15,537 bases of DNA from Candidatus Eiseniibacteriota bacterium (GTDB taxonomy: Bacteria > Eisenbacteria > RBG-16-71-46). Shown in pieces: positions 13,651-15,537 of this stretch. Position numbers and translations under genes: made by a program. Below the pieces are notes generated by a model. That model saw nothing but the letters and a program-made list of their open reading frames with translations, did not search any database and had not been told where the DNA came from. Numbering within the stretch: position 1 is the first letter of the stretch; each line of letters opens with the position of its first letter. The DNA lies in the NCBI GenBank assembly GCA_044223005.1, contig JBGAML010000031.1, positions 1 through 15,537 of the forward strand, read 5' to 3'.

Positions 13651-14886
13651 TCAAGTCATCGGACGCCGTTCGCCCGCGGTCGAGCCGAAAAGTGCCCGGC
13701 AGGCCCGCTCGTCGGCGGGACCGAACTGCCGCCCGCGGCGGCCGAAGGCGATGCGGGCCGTGGCGAGGAACTTTTCCAGTTCGTGCTCCACGGTCCGCTC
13801 GCCGTCCCACCACGCGAACGACGGCGTGGACTTGGGCGCGAACTGGCCGCCACCGAAGAGGTTCGACCCCGTGCCGACGCTGGCGCCGGTCGGCAGCAGC
13901 GTGCCGATGCCCGTCTTGACGTGCGCTCCCACCAGGGAGCCCACCTTGGGATTGCCGCTGTCGATCTCGCGGCCGTCCACCGTGACGCGCACCGGGCCGT
14001 AGTTGTTCTTGAGGTCGCTGGTCGTGGTGAGCGCGCCCAGGTTGACCCACTCGCCGATCACACTGTGGCCGACGAAGCCGTGGTGGCGCTTGTTGCCGTA
14101 ACCCTGCCACACGCTCGCCTCGACCTCGCCCGCGATGCGGCACTCGGGCCCGAACGTGGTGCCCGAGACGAACCCGCCGAGCAGCTGCGTGCCCGGCCCG
14201 ATCACGCACGGGCCCGTGACGCACGTGTGCGGCGCGATGCTCGCGCCGCGGCCGACCCAGATGGGCCCCTCGCGCGCGTCGAGCACCGCGAACGCGCCGA
14301 CCTGCGCGTCCGGCTCGATCGTGATCTGCTCGCGGCCCTCGAGGCACGCCAACCGGTGCACGTCGCCGCGCACCACGCCGCCCGCGTCGAGCAGATCCTC
14401 GGCGATCGCGTCGGCGTTGCGCTCGATCAGGTGCCACGGCCGCTCGAGGAACGCCGCCTCGACCGGCTCGGTCGGCAGCCCGAGCGCGAGCAGGCCCGCC
14501 TCGAACGCCGCACCGCGGCCGAGCAGCGGCTTCAACGACGCGAGCGGCAGCCGCGCGCCCGCCACGCGTTCACCCTTGAGCCACAGCACCGGCGAGCGGC
14601 CCTCGAGCGCCTCGCCCAACCAGTCGCCCGGGAGTGCCGCGGCGTTGAGCACGATCGCTTCGGTGTCGGCGGGCACCGTGGCCGTGTCGGGCACGGGAGC
14701 GTGGTGCCACGCGGCGAGCGCGTCGGCGCGTGCCTCGATCGCGAACAGAGGCGCCGCGGCGCGGAAGAGCAGCCGCCGCGCGAGATCGGAGGCGCCGAAC
14801 GCGAGCGCCGGCACGGGCAGCAGGTCGGTGAGCGGGCGCAGGTCGCGCCAACGCGCGTCCTCGAACAGCACGACGCGACGGTTCAC
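13651..14886 (-). CDS. GlmU-like putative sugar nucleotidyltransferase/acetyltransferase (divergent N-terminal domain + left-handed beta-helix), 411 aa
   Basis: GTG 14886 overlaps the upstream TGA (GTGA), so the track's 15117 start is too long. N-terminal VLFED..WRDLRPLT...; hexapeptide repeats; GGFVSGTTFGPECRIAGEVEAS, NKRHHGFVGHSVIGEWVNLGA.T..SDLKNNYG, KVGSLVGAHVKTGIGTLL. Confidence 0.8.
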   Translation of the reverse strand: MNRRVVLFEDARWRDLRPLTDLLPVPALAFGASDLARRLLFRAAAPLFAIEARADALAAWHHAPVPDTATVPADTEAIVLNAAALPGDWLGEALEGRSPVLWLKGERVAGARLPLASLKPLLGRGAAFEAGLLALGLPTEPVEAAFLERPWHLIERNADAIAEDLLDAGGVVRGDVHRLACLEGREQITIEPDAQVGAFAVLDAREGPIWVGRGASIAPHTCVTGPCVIGPGTQLLGGFVSGTTFGPECRIAGEVEASVWQGYGNKRHHGFVGHSVIGEWVNLGALTTTSDLKNNYGPVRVTVDGREIDSGNPKVGSLVGAHVKTGIGTLLPTGASVGTGSNLFGGGQFAPKSTPSFAWWDGERTVEHELEKFLATARIAFGRRGRQFGPADERACRALFGSTAGERRPMT

Positions 14887-15537
14887 TTGTTCGGCTCCAC
14901 GAACCGAACCAGGAAGACGCCCTTGAACCCGGACGCGATCGCGCGATCGCGCAGGCTCTCGGCCGCGGTGCGCGAGAGGCAGTCGCGCGTGCGCACCTTC
15001 CAGCGCCCGCCCTCGCGCGCCACGGTCATGGGCACGACGAGCAGCGACTGCGAGGCCGCGCGCAGCGTGTTGCCGCGCGCGCGTTCGGCCGGCGCGCCCA
15101 CCTGGAGCCGCCAGCACGTGTCGGACGCCGCGGATTCGGTGATGGGCACGCGCACGGGCGCGGGCACCGGCTGCGTGGGCGCGCCGCGCATGGGCGGCGA
15201 CGCGGGCGCGGGCGTGGCGGGCGGCGGCTCCGGCGTGGGCGGCAGCGAGACGGTCGCCTGGCTGCCGAGCGGCGCGGTCGGCGTGGGCACGGGCACCATG
15301 GCCGTGTCGAGCGGCGCGACCGACGGATCGTTGCCCGGCAGCGCGACCGGAACGGGACGCTTCGCCGAGTCGGGCGCGGCATCGCGCGACGCGGGCGGTT
15401 CGGGCGTGACGCGCCCCGCCGGCGCGGGCTCGCGCGGCGGCTCGGGCACCCTGGCGCCCAGCGGCTCGGGGATGCTCGCGAGCACCGCGAGCGCGGCGGG
15501 CGACGGCGTGGAGTCGCGGACCGCGGCGGGCGCGGGG
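14883..15537 (-). CDS. SPOR-domain protein with long Pro/Ala-rich linker; 5' end outside the window
   Basis: The frame stays open to the window edge (PAPAAVRDSTPSPAALA precedes the track's start). C-terminal WRLQVGA...WKVRT...SRTAAESLRDRAIASGFKGVFLV fits a SPOR-like peptidoglycan-binding domain. Confidence 0.65.
   Translation of the reverse strand, partial: PAPAAVRDSTPSPAALAVLASIPEPLGARVPEPPREPAPAGRVTPEPPASRDAAPDSAKRPVPVALPGNDPSVAPLDTAMVPVPTPTAPLGSQATVSLPPTPEPPPATPAPASPPMRGAPTQPVPAPVRVPITESAASDTCWRLQVGAPAERARGNTLRAASQSLLVVPMTVAREGGRWKVRTRDCLSRTAAESLRDRAIASGFKGVFLVRFVEPNK

Noticed and set aside
15130..15537. Repetitive GGCGCGGGC/GGCGTGGGC tracts
   Set aside because: They encode the Pro/Ala linker of the SPOR protein; no regular repeat-spacer structure, so not a CRISPR array or tandem repeat.

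Overview
A very GC-rich (visually >70%) diderm bacterial window with about 14 real genes under many shadow ORFs. In order: (1) the 5' part of an IS1-like Zn-ribbon/HTH transposase that the ORF track misses (318->edge, minus strand), preceded by a sigma54-type promoter inside a hairpin; (2) two convergent glycosyltransferase genes, a TPR+GT9-like protein with a sigma28-like -10 box and a GT4 protein with an unknown N-terminal domain and a consensus sigma54 promoter; (3) a Cys/Met PLP-dependent lyase (methionine gamma-lyase-like); (4) a molybdate/tungstate uptake locus in which an OprO/P-like porin is divergent from an excisionase-HTH+TOBE regulator and modABC, separated by an AT-rich operator-like repeat/palindrome; (5) a minus-strand cluster of a SPOR protein, a GlmU-like protein, a GalT-like protein that appears to have lost its Zn-binding CxxC motifs, glgA and a GT-C membrane glycosyltransferase. 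The best candidates for undescribed biology are the porin + Xis-TOBE Mo/W regulon with its candidate operator, and the Cys-free GalT-like enzyme coupled to glycogen synthase with no glgC in view. All family calls come from motif recognition by eye, not database searches.
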